Positions 23,690 to 37,370 are shown, counted from the first letter of the whole stretch. The stretch: DNA of 63,260 nucleotides, filler included, from Octopus bimaculoides (GCF_001194135.2; 4 parts of 3 records of this genome joined end to end with filler, not necessarily neighbours in it); one strand, 5' to 3'. The notes: a model not told the origin generated them from the letters alone. Program-made: numbers and translations.

Positions 23690-24960
23690 CTCGAAAACGC
23701 AAGAGGCCTGTTTATATGAACCAAAAGGTGATCCAGTGCCATGGAAAAGCCTTGCTAGAAAAGAACAATGGCAAATGCAAAGCTGTCGGAAAAAAGACCA
23801 TTAGAAACTTGGAACCAGCCGGATATGTTCAACTCAAGGAACCTTGTGACTGCCATTAACATATGGACTGTTGCTGTAGTCCGCTATAGTGCACCCATCC
23901 TGAGATGGACACAAGCGGAGATTGACCTACTCGATCACAATACCCGAAAGACAGTAACAATCCATGGTGCCCTACACACAAAGGTAAATGTAAATAGGTT
24001 GTACATGAAAAGAGGTACAGGTGGACGTAGGCTGATTAACGACCGGGATTAGAGGAGAAGTGAAAGAAGAAACATGGCAGACTATATGGTAAAAAAGTAA
24101 AGAAGACCTGCTACAGTATGCTGCTATAGTAGAAGGAGTTAACGAAAACGGATTTGAGAGTGTTCGTGAATTCCGAACAAGAACAGGAAACCAGAGAGAA
24201 GAAACCCTACTCCGTCTGGAATGACATGGTCAGTTTCAACATGAAACGAACAATTTAAAAGATCAGGAAGCATCATGGAGGTGTATCCACAAGAGTGAAC
24301 TGAAAAAAGGAATATTGAAAGCCTAATCATTGCGGCCCAAACCAAGCATTGGAAACCACTAAGTGAAAAAGAATATATGCCACCCAAGTATAGAACGTAT
24401 GGGAAGAGGGTCGAAAGGGTGACTCACATTGGTTAAGTCTTGTGCAGAAAGGTTAGAAGCGTAGACACGACAATGTAGCCCGAAACCTACCTATGTCCTA
24501 TGTATGGATATGACTTTATAGATGATTGATACAAATATACACCGGAAAAGTAATTGGACGAAAAAGGGAAGGCAAAATCCACTAGGACCTTGTTTACCAC
24601 ACAGACAAAGTATACCGGAGGCCGGATATAGTAACCTTTCGTACGGACAAGAACAGTGCCTAATTATCGACGTAGCAGTACGAAGAGATCTACATATCAT
24701 CATGAAAGAAAGAGAAACATTTGATTAATATGGAGCCCTGAGAATTCAGATCGATAAAATGTGCCAGCTACAATAGTCAAACATAAAGGTTATTCCTAGT
24801 ATAAACGGAGCATTGGGTTCAATATCACCCAAACTGAAAAGACATCTGAAAACCTTAGAGATGCCCTAAAATCTAGATGTATTGTAAAAGTCGGCACTAA
24901 TTGGAACTACACGCATATTGCGTAAAGTATGGTCTTTCTGAGGTCCTTGTGGTGACTTGA
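23690..24960 (+). mobile_element. R4/Dong-clade LINE 3' half, decayed (thumb, CCHC finger, restriction-like endonuclease)
   Basis: NLVTAINIWTVAVVRYSAPILRWTQAEID...RLYMKRGTGGRRL; ESLIIAAQ; RHDNVA; IIDVAV; IPSINGALGSI...KSALIGTTRILRKV. Confidence 0.9.
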
Positions 24961-25079
24961 CAAACAGTAAAATACTCCAGTTTTTACTGTTTGTAAACTG
25001 GTTACAACTGGTTAAGCGTGACCTTAACAAGATGTGCAAGATCCTTAGTGGCTGATGATATGTAAATTTCTGATCACGA

Positions 25080-25290
25080 GCAGATGAAGTTGCTGTTTGG
25101 ATGGGCTACTCGTCCTGATGGAAATTCTAACGAAGCCCCACCTGCATAATCATGCGATGTAAATCTTGGTATAAGATCACCGTGTTGCGTACATATAATT
25201 GTGATGTATGTGCCCATTGCAACCTTATCAGACGGGTAGTCACGATGGGCATGCTGGGCTTTGATGACATGTACTGCTCTCTCACTCAAT
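25080..25290 (+). mobile_element. Retroposon family D (SINE or LINE 3' UTR) with (AAT)n tail
   Basis: gggctactcg.cctga...ttatcagacgggtag...gctgggct...tttgatgacatg...ctctcactc(AAT)n; homologous copies at 37400-37665 and 46082-46372. Confidence 0.7.
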
Positions 25291-25480
25291 AATAATAATA
25301 ATAATAATAATAATACTAAGAAGAAGAACAAAAAAGAAGAAGGAGGAGGAGGAGGAGGAGAATAAGAAGAAGGAGGAGGAGGAGGAGGAAGAGGAGAAGA
25401 AGAAGGAGGAGGAGGAGGAGGAGGAGGAAAAGAAGAAGAAGAAGAAGAAGAAGAAGAAGAAGAAGAAGAAAAAGAAGGAT
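25290..25480. repeat. (AAT)n(GAA/GGA)n compound trinucleotide repeat
   Basis: Directly visible. Confidence 0.9.
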
Positions 25481-25489
25481 CAAGGAAAA

Positions 25490-25720
25490 CAACCTGTCCG
25501 TGAATGAGAATTTGAGGACCAAAAGCAGAGATTAAAGTTTTCATACTGGCGGCAAAGTTTACTCACTAAGAACAAGTTTAACGTTCTTCAAAACGGCTAT
25601 GACTCTAAATGCAGTTTATGTGATACATGTGACGAAATGATAGACAATCTCGTCTCGGAATATCTTGCAGTGACAACAAATGAATACAAAAATCTCCACG
25701 ATAGGACAGGTCAATGTCAG
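25490..25720 (+). mobile_element. R4/Dong fragment (ETEG/AAQDQ region and CCHC finger)
   Basis: KVFILAA..SLLTKNKFNVLQNGYDSKCSLCDTCDEMIDNLVSE...EYKNLHDRTGQ. Confidence 0.75.
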
Positions 25721-26391
25721 GACACCCAACCAATTAACACTGATACTATCATAGCACTCCTACTTCGAACCCACAAGAATTAACAAGTGAAACAGAGACA
25801 GGCAGAAACAAGAAAAATGCCGCCGTTACTTGAATACTATACAAATATATGCTTAAAAAAGACTTTTCTTTTAAATTTACCAAATTTTAATTTTTCAATA
25901 ATTTTTCAAAAATCTATTATTCATATTTATTGTTGAAAAGATCTCAAGGATCGAAACCGGTTCTGTAATGTTCTTTATAAAAGTATTTTAACATTTTCTA
26001 CTTTGTTTTTTTCCCATATATATATATTGTCAANNNNNNNNNNNNNNNNNNNNNNNNNNNNNNNNNNNNNNNNNNNNNNNNNNNNNNNNNNNNNNNNNNN
26101 NNNNNNNNNNNNNNNNNNNNNNNNNNNNNNNNNNNNNNNNNNNNNNNNNNNNNNNNNNNNNNNNNNNNNNNNNNNNNNNNNNNNNNNNNNNNNNNNNNNN
26201 NNNNNNNNNNNNNNNNNNNNNNNNNNNNNNNNNNNNNNNNNNNNNNNNNNNNNNNNNNNNNNNNNNNNNNNNNNNNNNNNNNNNNNNNNNNNNNNNNNNN
26301 NNNNNNNNNNNNNNNNNNNNNNATATATATATAGACAATCAAACAAATATTACGAAGAAAGAGAAAAAGAAAAAGAAAAACAACGACAACG

Positions 26392-26437
<46 letters not shown>

Positions 26438-26870
26438 AAGCAACACCAGCAACAATGGTAAAGATAATATTCAATACTTGAACATATTGGAAATTCTTGG
26501 AATATTTTATGTTTGCAGCTGTCAGGCAATATCACATTCAGCATAATATCACCTATTACCTGATAAATATATAAAATATCTCTTGAGTAGTATATTACAA
26601 TTTCTGATTTGTCTTCATAAGTAACGTCAAATGAAAAGCACTAGCCCGTAATACAAGAAGTAATTTAGCATTGCATATCGACAAAATAGAATTGCATAGG
26701 GGATAACCTATGTTGGTAATTTAATTTCATCTAAGTAGCTGGGCGTTTTGGATATCTCAAATCTTTATATTTACGTTTTTATCAGAAAGTCATTTTATTA
26801 AAGCGTCGCACATTAGAAATGAATAAAAGTATATGCACATGAAAACACACATGGACATATATATGTATAT

Positions 26871-26924
<54 letters not shown>

Positions 26925-28011
26925 CCATGTATATATATATATATNNNNNNNNNNNNNNNNNNNNNNNNNNNNNNNNNNNNNNNNNNNNNNNNNNNNNNNN
27001 NNNNNNNNNNNNNNNNNNNNNNNNNNNNNNNNNNNNNNNNNNNNNNNNNNNNNNNNNNNNNNNNNNNNNNNNNNNNNNNNNNNNNNNNNNNNNNNNNNNN
27101 NNNNNNNNNNNNNNNNNNNNNNNNNNNNNNNNNNNNNNNNNNNNNNNNNNNNNNNNNNNNNNNNNNNNNNNNNNNNNNNNNNNNNNNNNNNNNNNNNNNN
27201 NNNNNNNNNNNNNNNNNNNNNNNNNNNNNNNNNNNNNNNNNNNNNNNNNNNNNNNNNNNNNNNNNNNNNNNNNNNNNNNNNNNNNNNNNNNNNNNNNNNN
27301 NNNNNNNNNNNNNNNNNNNNNNNNNNNNNNNNNNNNNNNNNNNNNNNNNNNNNNNNNNNNNNNNNNNNNNNNNNNNNNNNNNNNNNNNNNNNNNNNNNNN
27401 NNNNNNNNNNNNNNNNNNNNNNNNNNNNNNNNNNNNNNNNNNNNNNNNNNNNNNNNNNNNNNNNNNNNNNNNNNNNNNNNNNNNNNNNNNNNNNNNNNNN
27501 NNNNNNNNNNNNNNNNNNNNNNNNNNNNNNNNNNNNNNNNNNNNNNNNNNNNNNNNNNNNNNNNNNNNNNNNNNNNNNNNNNNNNNNNNNNNNNNNNNNN
27601 NNNNNNNNNNNNNNNNNNNNNNNNNNNNNNNNNNNNNNNNNNNNNNNNNNNNNNNNNNNNNNNNNNNNNNNNNNNNNNNNNNNNNNNNNNNNNNNNNNNN
27701 NNNNNNNNNNNNNNNNNNNNNNNNNNNNNNNTATATATATATATATGAGACATCCTTCAAGTAAACACAAGGAATATACCTCGGACACGATATGGCATAT
27801 ATCCACCTCTGCTATTTCAGCCTTTGCTGCAGCAACTATCTCCGGAAAATTCCCACAAGGATTCTTTTACATGGATACTTACTACTGGAATGAAGCTACA
27901 CTCCAAGTACTGTTCTTTCTTTCTTTCTTTTTTCAGCGCATCACACTCACTCTCACTTCCTACTATAATTCTCCGATTATGGATATAATATTCGATTCCT
28001 TTACTATTTCT

Positions 28012-28059
28012 GTCTCCGATGAAGGGATGCATTGGTCTTCCCTGAAACAGCTGTAAGAC
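28012..28059 (+). ncRNA. Minimal type I hammerhead ribozyme motif (PLE-type)
   Basis: GUCU-CCGAUGA-AGGGA(11-nt loop)UCCCU-GAAAC-AGCU-GUA^AGAC: 4-bp stem I, 5-bp stem II, palindromic stem III ACAGCUGU; core differs from CUGAUGA only by U4C. Confidence 0.7.
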
Positions 28060-28299
28060 TATATCCATAAAATATATTTCCAACTTTACCATTACTCTCT
28101 TTGTACTTTTATATATTTATACATACACACGCTAATACACGACTTATAATCCTCTATCCTGTTCATACAACGACTGGGGTATAACTAGTCGATATACAGC
28201 ACTTACTCGGTATTACCTGTATCTTTTTGTGTTTGGTTAAATTCATACCCTCCTCAAACTTATATACATGTATATATATAGATAGATACCCGTACTTCT

Positions 28300-28612
28300 G
28301 ATATTAAATTTGATTTATACTAAATGATTTAGGAAAATGAATGGGTTATTTCCCTTGTCTGTTAAAATGTGGGTGAATGGGTTATTTCCCTTGACTGTTA
28401 AAATGAAACATATTATATATATATAAAGATCACTTCCAGATATATATATATAAAGATCAACATTTTCCAACAATATGAATATGCCAAGAGGTTTCCGGAC
28501 ATCTGTTCTACTCACGTGTAAAGTTTCATCAAAGTCGATAAAATGATGTAGAAGGATTTATCTAACAACTCCACAGACGCACCCACAAATAGAATTTTCC
28601 ATATATGTAGTA
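28300..28612 (+). mobile_element. Helitron/Helentron-like non-autonomous element with an internal ~36-bp tandem duplication
   Basis: gaatgggttatttcccttg.ctgttaaaatg twice; end ...gtaaagtttcatcaaagtcg...cagacgcacccacaaatagaattttccatatatgtagtagat resembles HINE/DINE-type 3' ends (from recall). Confidence 0.35.
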
Positions 28613-29862
28613 GATGTATATATGTATACATATATGTGTGTGTTTGTGTGTGTATAAACACACACACTTTCAAACTTTTGAACATTTTCAGCAATTACAG
28701 GAAGCTTCATTTCTTTGTCTCACATCGTTGTGTTTAGTGTGTTTTCCTTGCATTTTCTGGGATTGTTGAGAGTATCTCTCAAGAAATGTTCCTTCAAATT
28801 AATCGTGCCTATTCCCTCCCAAACGTCTTAGATTCTTATAATCGTTCTTCGCATTATTTGTCTATGAATTTGATTATTTGTTCACATTATGATATAATAC
28901 CTCATTTGCAGCTCCGTCAAAACATTTTCAGCTTCTTCTTATGAATGATGTAAGTAGTATGAATTAGCGGTGTAATAAACTCGATCAACTTCTACACAGT
29001 TGGTCTCTTAAATTTCCTTTTGACGTGATGCTACAATAAATGAAACTTTAGAATGTGTCATGCAACCGGATCGAACCCGGAATATTGTCGTCTTAAAGAA
29101 AGAATCTTTTCAAATTACACCTGAAAACTCTGGCATGTGTACAACATCCCACCCCCATACGCATACATATATCCCAAAGTATTTTGTATTCCACGCTCAG
29201 TTGAAGACAGAGAAAAGCAATGTAATTATAGCTAAATATATATTTCCAATTTGGCTTCTTCCGTTTCCCAAATACCATATGCAATAAAAAAAAATTTAAA
29301 AAAATTACAATCTGCCTCTCACAATTCATGAGTATATAAATGGCAAACTTAAGTTGAGAAAAATGAAGAAGATAAAATTAGGAAAATGTGCTGCTTCAAT
29401 TTCTCACAATTACATTGAGAAAATAACTCATATATATGGGTATCTCTCCTTACACATCAGGCCAGTCAGAAATGCAACAAAATTGTTAAATACCTTGGAA
29501 AATTGAAAGAGGATCATGGACAATTGGCACATGCTATGAAATTAACAAACCTCGACTAAATCCACTAATTCAACATAAAATATTCTTTATAGCTTCTTCA
29601 AAATCTGCTTCCTGATATGTTTACGCAGCATGCATTTGAAGGAAAGAGGTTGTTGAAATTAGTCACTACTTTTTTCTCCCAAATTAGACGTGATTTTCTT
29701 GAAAAGTGAAAATGATCAAATTAGCTACCTTTATTGAACAAAATCATCTTCGTATCTAATAGAGTAAAGAATTGCGATTTTTATACGCCAAATATTATAT
29801 ACATGTTGTATTAGCAATCCCGATTACTATCGGGTCAAATCTGAGGAAGAATTGTGTTTGAC

Positions 29863-30272
29863 GCAGGTGTGGCTGTGTGGTAAGATGCTTGCTTCCCAGC
29901 CACATGTTTCCGTGTTAAATCCTAGAGCGTAGCACATTGTGCAAGTGCCTCTACTTATATCCACGGGCTGTCTAAAGCCTTGTGAGTGGATTTCGTAGAG
30001 AGAAACTGAAAGAATCCCGTCGTGTGTATATATAGATAGACGTGTGTGCGCGGACACGTGTCTTTTGTGTGTCATGTACCTCCGCTTGGCAACCGGTGTT
30101 GGTGTGATTACGTCCCCGTAACCTAGTGGTTAAGCATAAGAGACCGATACAATAAGTACTTGGCTAAAAACAATACTTGCGTGTCTCTCATTCCAATTAA
30201 AAGTCCCTCGAGACAGTGCCCCACCATGGCCCCAGTAAAATACTGAAAGAAGTAAAAGATAAAAGAAAAAAT
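29863..30272 (+). mobile_element. SINE family A, full length (tRNA head, body, microsatellite, tail)
   Basis: gcaggtgtggctgtgtggtaag...aagccttgtgagtggatt...(TA/TG)...gtccccgtaacctagtgg...ataagtac...catggcc...aagtaaaaga. Confidence 0.85.
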
Positions 30273-30529
30273 CATAAAGATACTGGAATATGTTTCGACC
30301 ATTCCCAACCTTAACAATAGTGCTGACCAATTCCAAACAGGATGCAAAATGCAAAATAATACTGCAGTACTTGCAATGCAATGGTATCAAACGAGTGAGA
30401 AGAAAACGTCAAACGTTACTCAGATTGCCCCGCTTACCAATTTTGCTCGCACTCACTTCGTAAATAAGACTTGTTTAGTTTTAATAAAAGAAAGAAAACA
30501 TTTGCCTAAGTCGTTTTTCGTGCAATCAG

Positions 30530-30590
30530 AATGTCCCATGTTGAAAAATTGGGAAGTCAACGAGATAATCAACATAAGAAAACTTGAAAG
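30530..30590 (+). CDS. Candidate exon (phase 1 to 2)
   Basis: ttttcgtgcaatcag / AAG|gtaaat; (E)CPMLKNWEVNEIINIRKLE(S); joins 30860 in frame. Confidence 0.45.
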
Positions 30591-30859
30591 GTAAATCAAT
30601 CTATTTTGTGCTAGATGATGTATTATATTTTGAAATATCACATATTACTGACGTTAGTACATAAAATACCAATAGATTTTTACAGTTAACTTAATTTCTC
30701 TCTTCTTAGTTTATATGCACAGATATATGCGTGTGATTTTTGTATTACTTTTTTTTTTTTTTTACTTTTTCACTGAAAGCCCTTTCAGAAACTGTTTATA
30801 AACAAGGATCACTTATTCGTCAGTTAAAATACCTCACATATGGTTAGAGTTTGTTTCAG

Positions 30860-30893
30860 TGTCCGAAAAGATTATTCCAAATCCGAAATGGAA
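30860..30893 (+). CDS. Candidate 34-nt exon (phase 2 to 0)
   Basis: gtttgtttcag / GAA|gtaaat; VRKDYSKSEME; phase-compatible on both sides. Confidence 0.4.
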
Positions 30894-31486
30894 GTAAATG
30901 CCGCAAGTCTACAAAATCATCCTACATTCATTCACACACGCACATATTCCATAATTACTTTCGTATATTTTTTTGTAGGGAATGTTCTATTTATTGTAGT
31001 GTAATAGCAGAAAAGATAGGATATCAGACAAAATGAAATGCGTCATATGTACCAAAAGCTTAAGTTATTAATTCAGCCAAGACATTCGTCAACAATGAAC
31101 TTCGAACTTCACGGTGCGATGAAAATTTATCATGATAGCGTCTTCATAATTGAACAAAAGCAACTCTAAAATATATCGCAGCAACAAATATCAGAAATTT
31201 ATACTATTATATAGGATTGAATTTAGTGCCATTTCTGATCGAATGTAGTGCAGCAATTTAGAACGACTTACGAAAAAATAGTGTCCCTGCAGTTAAATGA
31301 ATCGTGAATAGATTTTGATCAACAAAAGAACGTAATACGCGGAAATAAAATGAACTTCCTAAGTTTATACCGATGAAAAAATAAACGCAATCTTTATACA
31401 AAAATGTGTATCTTGTCTTTGTTCCATGAAGCGTACGAATATATTTTATGTATAAATTAGCGTATGTTTGTGTCTATGCATGTGTG

Positions 31487-31529
<43 letters not shown>

Positions 31530-31624
31530 NNNNNNNNNNNNNNNNNNNNNNNNNNNNNNNNNNNNNNNNNNNNNNNNNNNNNNNNNNNNNNNNNNNNNNN
31601 NNNNNNNNNNNNNNNNNNNNNNNT

Positions 31625-31680
<56 letters not shown>

Positions 31681-31795
31681 GTGTATGTATGCGCTGTGTG
31701 TGCGTGCATGTGTGCATGTAATTGTGTTTATGTGTACGCACGCGTTTGATAGCTCGTGTGCGTGTGCTTTTAGACTCATAGTTTTCTGTCCATAG

Positions 31796-31902
31796 TCAAT
31801 ACCAATTGAAAAAATAAAATGCTGTTCAATATTTGAGCATTGTTTGTTTCCCGTACTTGCACCTTCGTGTTTCCCGTATTTATCATGTATTCTCAAAGAA
31901 CG
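31796..31902 (+). CDS. Candidate exon (phase 0 to 2)
   Basis: gttttctgtccatag / CG|gtgaga; SIPIEKIKCCSIFEHCLFPVLAPSCFPYLSCILKE(R). Confidence 0.55.
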
Positions 31903-32144
31903 GTGAGATAAATAGTAGAGGTTGGCTCCAGCGAAAATTTCTCAACACACTGAATGCGAATACATATACACTCATAGATATATAAATGTATGCATACATA
32001 TGTGTATGTAAAGTCATATTTGTGTGTGTGTTTGTGTATGTGTATATACGTATATGTCTTTGTGCAGATATAGCTATGTGTTTGTGTTTGTGTGTGTGAG
32101 AGAGTGTGTGTGTATTCATACTATACATATACGAGGGTGGTGTA

Positions 32145-32273
<129 letters not shown>

Positions 32274-33044
32274 TAAAAACCAAACAAATAGAATTGCATT
32301 CATGAGCTTAAAATCGTTTTATTGTTTATGTTTCAATGGTTTTGGAAATAAATTTTTATTTTTATATATCGTAATCAGAATTTCATTTTTATAAAAGGAA
32401 AAAAATAAATCTTGTAGTTTGTTTAGTGTCTCGTAAGAAAAAAAAAATAACAATATAATCTTTAGACTCAAGGATCCTCTCTTTTTGCGAAGGCGACGCA
32501 TAGTACACATAAAATCATAGTCATATATCACACATCAGCATGTCAAATAGGATGGTTGAGTATCTATTCTGGAATTACTTACTGAAATAATCTAAAATAT
32601 TCTCTTTGTGATGTGATATAGTATAAAAAGGGAAAATAAATTTAAATTAAAATCCTATACTTTTTGGTCGGTGCTTTGAAATGCCTTGTGTTTCTTGGAA
32701 AATGGACATGGTAGTCGTTGTTGAGCTCCTTCAGATAGATATTCGATGATATTAGTTGTAATAACAGTTTTAGCAGTGAGTGTCTACTGCTCCTTACTTG
32801 AGACGTTGATATTACGATGTTCTTCGTGATGGTGGTGGATTATGATTCTTGTGCGGTGGCAGTAATATTAGAGGCAACAATACTATTCGTTGTAGTAGTG
32901 GTCGATTCAGCCTCAGGATTAAAAACATTAATCTCAGTTTAAGCAATAGCAGTATGGAAATAGTATGAGTTATAGAGGTTGTGGTAGCAACAGACGTGAT
33001 AGCTGTAGCGTATCAGCAATAGTAGTAGTAGCATCAGCAGCAGC

Positions 33045-33765
33045 AGAACTAGCGTTTTATGGAGGATGCGGACTCCTTTGGTTAGTATGCCACGCTTCTC
33101 TGCTTTGATGGCGTCCCGTAATTTCTGCAACAGAGAAGCGTAATATGCCTCGTTAATTGTGGTGCACTTGTGTGATAAGTCTGCCGAAAATGTCCACCAC
33201 GTTTTCTTGGCACATTAACAAAAATATGCCTGGGATCAATTGACTCGTTCCTGCTTCCGAAAAGGTGTGACCATCCAGGTTTTTTTTTTGTAAAGACAAA
33301 TTCCGCATGTGCAAATGGTCGTGAATGACATTTTTGCACGAACCCTACACTTACCTTTACTTCTTGTGTTAGTTGCCAAATTGTCATGCGGTGATCCTCA
33401 AAAAATGGCGGCTTCCACTTTATGGAGTTTCCACCGATGTCCGACCCCATTTGAACTGGCTATGCCAGTGCTTGACTATGTGGGATGGTGGTGCATCGTC
33501 AGCATAAACTTATTTCACCTCATCGAAAGTCTCTTTTGGTGTATGACCTTTCAAATATAATAACTCATCACTGATCTGTATTCAACTGCTTCCCTTATAA
33601 CAGCTTAGTTTATTTCAGCAGCCGTACAATACAAACGTATACTAGTGAAAAGCTGCAATTTACAAATTGACATGTAGAGACATGTATGATTATACCTGTA
33701 CAAGTTCCGTTTCTTGAAATAGCCGGATGTGGGTCAGAGAAAATCTTTAATGAACACCTCTCGTA
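33045..33765 (-). mobile_element. Mariner element, 5' TIR plus deleted and decayed transposase
   Basis: TA-CGAGAGGTGTTCATTAAAG terminal repeat at 33765-33745; EDHRMTIWQLTQEVKVSVG; YYASLLQKLRDAIKAEKRGILTKGVRILH. Confidence 0.85.
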
Positions 33766-33816
33766 TGTAGTTTTCTCCACATAGTGACAATGTCATTGCA
33801 TAAATTAGGTTTTCAG

Positions 33817-33948
33817 ATGAACAAATGAAGTTATCTTCCATTTTGAAGCATTGTTCTTATTTAAAATGCTTCTCCAATTATTCTGGGGCATTTAAACTTC
33901 TACTACTGTTGGATCGTCCACATATTTACTTAATTTCGGAATTGGTCG
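33817..33948 (+). CDS. Candidate exon (phase 1 to 1)
   Basis: taggttttcag / CG|gtaaat; EQMKLSSILKHCSYLKCFSNYSGAFKLLLLLDRPHIYLISELV, 43 open codons. Confidence 0.55.
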
Positions 33949-34271
33949 GTAAATTTTCTTCATCCTGGATTCCTTTTATCGGCGCTGTTTATTCGGCCTT
34001 CATTTGTTTTAGATCTACCAGTCTAAATGTATGCCATTTATTTAAATTCCAATATATCCGCCTATCTAGTTTGACTTCGTAACATGATATTTCGATTTTT
34101 TTTTACATATTGTTGTTTTTTATTATAGATTAAAGATGGTGAATAATTTCTTATATGGACTATAATCTTCAGTTCTTGAACCTATGGATATTTTCATGGG
34201 ATGAAACTACGGAAAATTATTGCTAGTCTGTAACAAGCTTTTACTATGTCTTGTCTCGAGTCACACAAACA

Positions 34272-34357
<86 letters not shown>

Positions 34358-34424
34358 CACACGCACTCACATCTATATTGTTTGTAGATATATTTTCTAT
34401 TTATTTGCTTACTTTCTGTATCAG

Positions 34425-34451
34425 GTTGTCTAAAACTGGGAGTTGCAATTG
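34425..34451 (+). CDS. Candidate 27-nt exon (phase 1 to 1)
   Basis: Strong acceptor ttatttgcttactttctgtatcag; donor TG|gtgaat; (G)CLKLGVAI. Confidence 0.4.
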
Positions 34452-34729
34452 GTGAATTGCATAATTTTGTTAATTCCCTTGGATAATATTTTGAATTTTT
34501 CTTGTTTCTCTGTTTTCATTCCATTAAATAAACAATCCTCGAAGTACCAATTCCATTTTAATGTAAATATTTTCAGAACTAGTTGCCATACTTACATGGT
34601 GATATTTGTTCCATTGTTATATCTGGATAACCTATATCCATTTTCTTACTCTGTCATAACTCACCACTGATACGTAAATTTCTACAGAATTTTGAAATGT
34701 TTTTCATTTCAATGAAATTCTTTTCTACT

Positions 34730-34932
34730 CTAGGCATTAGGACCGAAATTTTGGTGGAAGGAGCCAGTCGATTAGATCGACCGTATCACGCAACTGGTAC
34801 TTAATTTTCGATCCCAAAAGGTTGAAAGACAAAGACGACCTCGGTGGAATTTGAACTCAGAACGTAAAGACAGACGAACTATCATCAAGAATTTCGCCCG
34901 GCGTGCTAAAGTTTCTACCAGTTCACTGCCTT
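34730..34932 (-). mobile_element. SINE family B
   Basis: ctggtacttaattttcgatcccaaaaggttgaaagacaaagacgacctcggtggaatttgaactcagaacgtaaagacagacg...cgcccggcgtgctaa. Confidence 0.85.
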
Positions 34933-36009
34933 ACATTTTAATGAAATTAGGTGTTGCAAAGGTTTAGCTGAAATTAAGTCCTTTAGAGAGTAGACGTTTT
35001 AGAGGTGTTGTTTTTTTTTAATTTTTGTGATAAACTAAATGTGTTTGCGGCTTTCATCGTGCTTGTTTCGATTATGTCATCTATTTCTAATAAATGTTCT
35101 ATTTTACAAACCATGTCTCATATGTCGATGATTTGGAACTATTTCAACCGTACGGTTGATGAGATGGCTTTGTAAAACAAAAGAAAAATTCTTTTTTTTT
35201 AACACATCATATACACGGGCGTAATGAACAGCGCGAAATATTAGTAATTATTTGTCTGCGATTGCTTCAAATTTATGAGGCATTATTCTATGCTTCAACT
35301 GGCTTCAAGTGCGACATCAACAGTAGAAGTCTTTATACTAGTGGATCAAAAATATGTTGCATTCATTCATTTGAAAATCCTTATCTTTTGAGGAACCTAC
35401 GGACATCCAGGGACTGTATAAATATCAAGAATGAAATTTTTCCTTCTTTTTCTCAGTTAACAGAGTGTAATTTAGCGGGAATTAAAGATGAGCGACCACA
35501 CAGAACATCATCGCATAAACTCGGTTACAAATTTATTGAGCTCCAGTTGATATACTCGTCTTTCTGTCATTACATTTGCAGCAATATATCAATTGATATA
35601 TGTTTATACACCATTGTTTTCGCATCGCTTGAATGCACCATCGCCTATAATCTGAGAAATCTCACTATATTTCAGCATCTTCACACATTCCAATATTATT
35701 TCCACTGCTTAGTTTTCTTTTGTGCATCCACTGTTGGTTTATAAAATTCTTACTCCTTGAAAGATTCGGGATATACTTGCTGTTCTGTGAATTAGCTCTG
35801 ATTAAACTCTCTGTCTCTCTATCAAATCACATACGGTCATCTAAACCTCACTTCATATGAAACTGCAAACTCACCGGGTAGACATTCTTAGCTTAAGAAA
35901 TGAATTTAATATTCTTGTCAGAAAACAGTGTGTAGCTGAATTCCACTTGGTTGTGTGTTTTTATTACTCTCCCTCCGTTCCAAATTATCTCTATAGTTAT
36001 CACTGTCTC

Positions 36010-36048
<39 letters not shown>

Positions 36049-37214
36049 NNNNNNNNNNNNNNNNNNNNNNNNNNNNNTATATATATATATATATATATCT
36101 AACCACACACATTGGCAAACACGCGACCCTGTAGTTTCAGCATTTAAATTGAAATATCTAATATCTGAAAACATATTTGACACTGTCCGTTAGGCACATG
36201 TAGCGGCCTATTGTACAGTTGTGCCGATATTTTTCAGTCCATTTACAGAGGGCTTATTATCTGTCATGAGTTTCATAATATAGTGGAACTCATATAATAC
36301 TACATTTTCACTTATGGCTCTTTGTACCCCATCATTACTGCAACACAATTTTCAGCGTTAATAACAATAAAACGTGACGATACTCGTTTCAAAGACCTTG
36401 GTTGTAAATGTAGAAGGTTGCCTGCTCATAAAGAATAACGCACTTGAACTGGAGGTTATAGGTGGGAAAGTTGAACACTGTCGCAGAATATGTTTAAGAA
36501 CGATGTGATACTGATACATAGTATCTGTCTGCACGTTTCCACAATTCCAAGGTAGGGGACATGACTAAATGGCATCATTAATGAACTGATAATTGAGTGA
36601 AATGCGAAATACAGCTCACAATTTAGTGGAATGAGCATAGATCAAAAGTTGGAAAGAATGACCAGTAACAATTTGATGCGACATAGCAATCCAAAATGAA
36701 AAGGAATAGATGCTTTTGAAATGGGCTATTGTTGAGCCAGTGAAAATAACCAGAAAAGGAAGAAAGCAGTTTTTTGGACACTCAAAAGAATCTGTCAAAG
36801 CACAAGCCTTTAAAATGTGACTGTATAATCAATAAAGACGAAAGGGTTTTTTGTTTAAATCGATGAAGCTTCTGAGTGTATTATAGAATAGTAGGAAATT
36901 ACGGTGATGAAATTCTGGTAATTTAGAATAGCCATAAATATGTCATAATCCCAAAAGTAATAAGCATATTAAGGAGAGTGGTAAGCGCTTTAAATAGATG
37001 ACTGAATACTCTGGATATCGAGCAGAAAGTTTTCACACACAAAATAGCGTGTTTGCTCGTCATAACAAGACACATATAAAAACAAAAAGTCCATGCATAC
37101 ATAGGGTATCAGTAGGTAACTTGCTTTCTAGTGACGTTATGCTGGTACTAGAAAAGGATTAAAGGGGGAAAAACTCAGGATAAGGTGTAGAACAAATCCG
37201 AGTAGGATGTTCAT

Positions 37215-37229
37215 ACTACTACAACTACA

Positions 37230-37280
<51 letters not shown>

Positions 37281-37303
37281 GGTGCTGCTGCTGCTGCTGC
37301 TGG

Positions 37304-37339
<36 letters not shown>

Positions 37340-37370
37340 CGACGATGATGATGATGATGATGATGATGAT
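37215..37370. repeat. (CTA)n(CTG)n(GAT)n compound trinucleotide repeat
   Basis: Directly visible. Confidence 0.9.
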
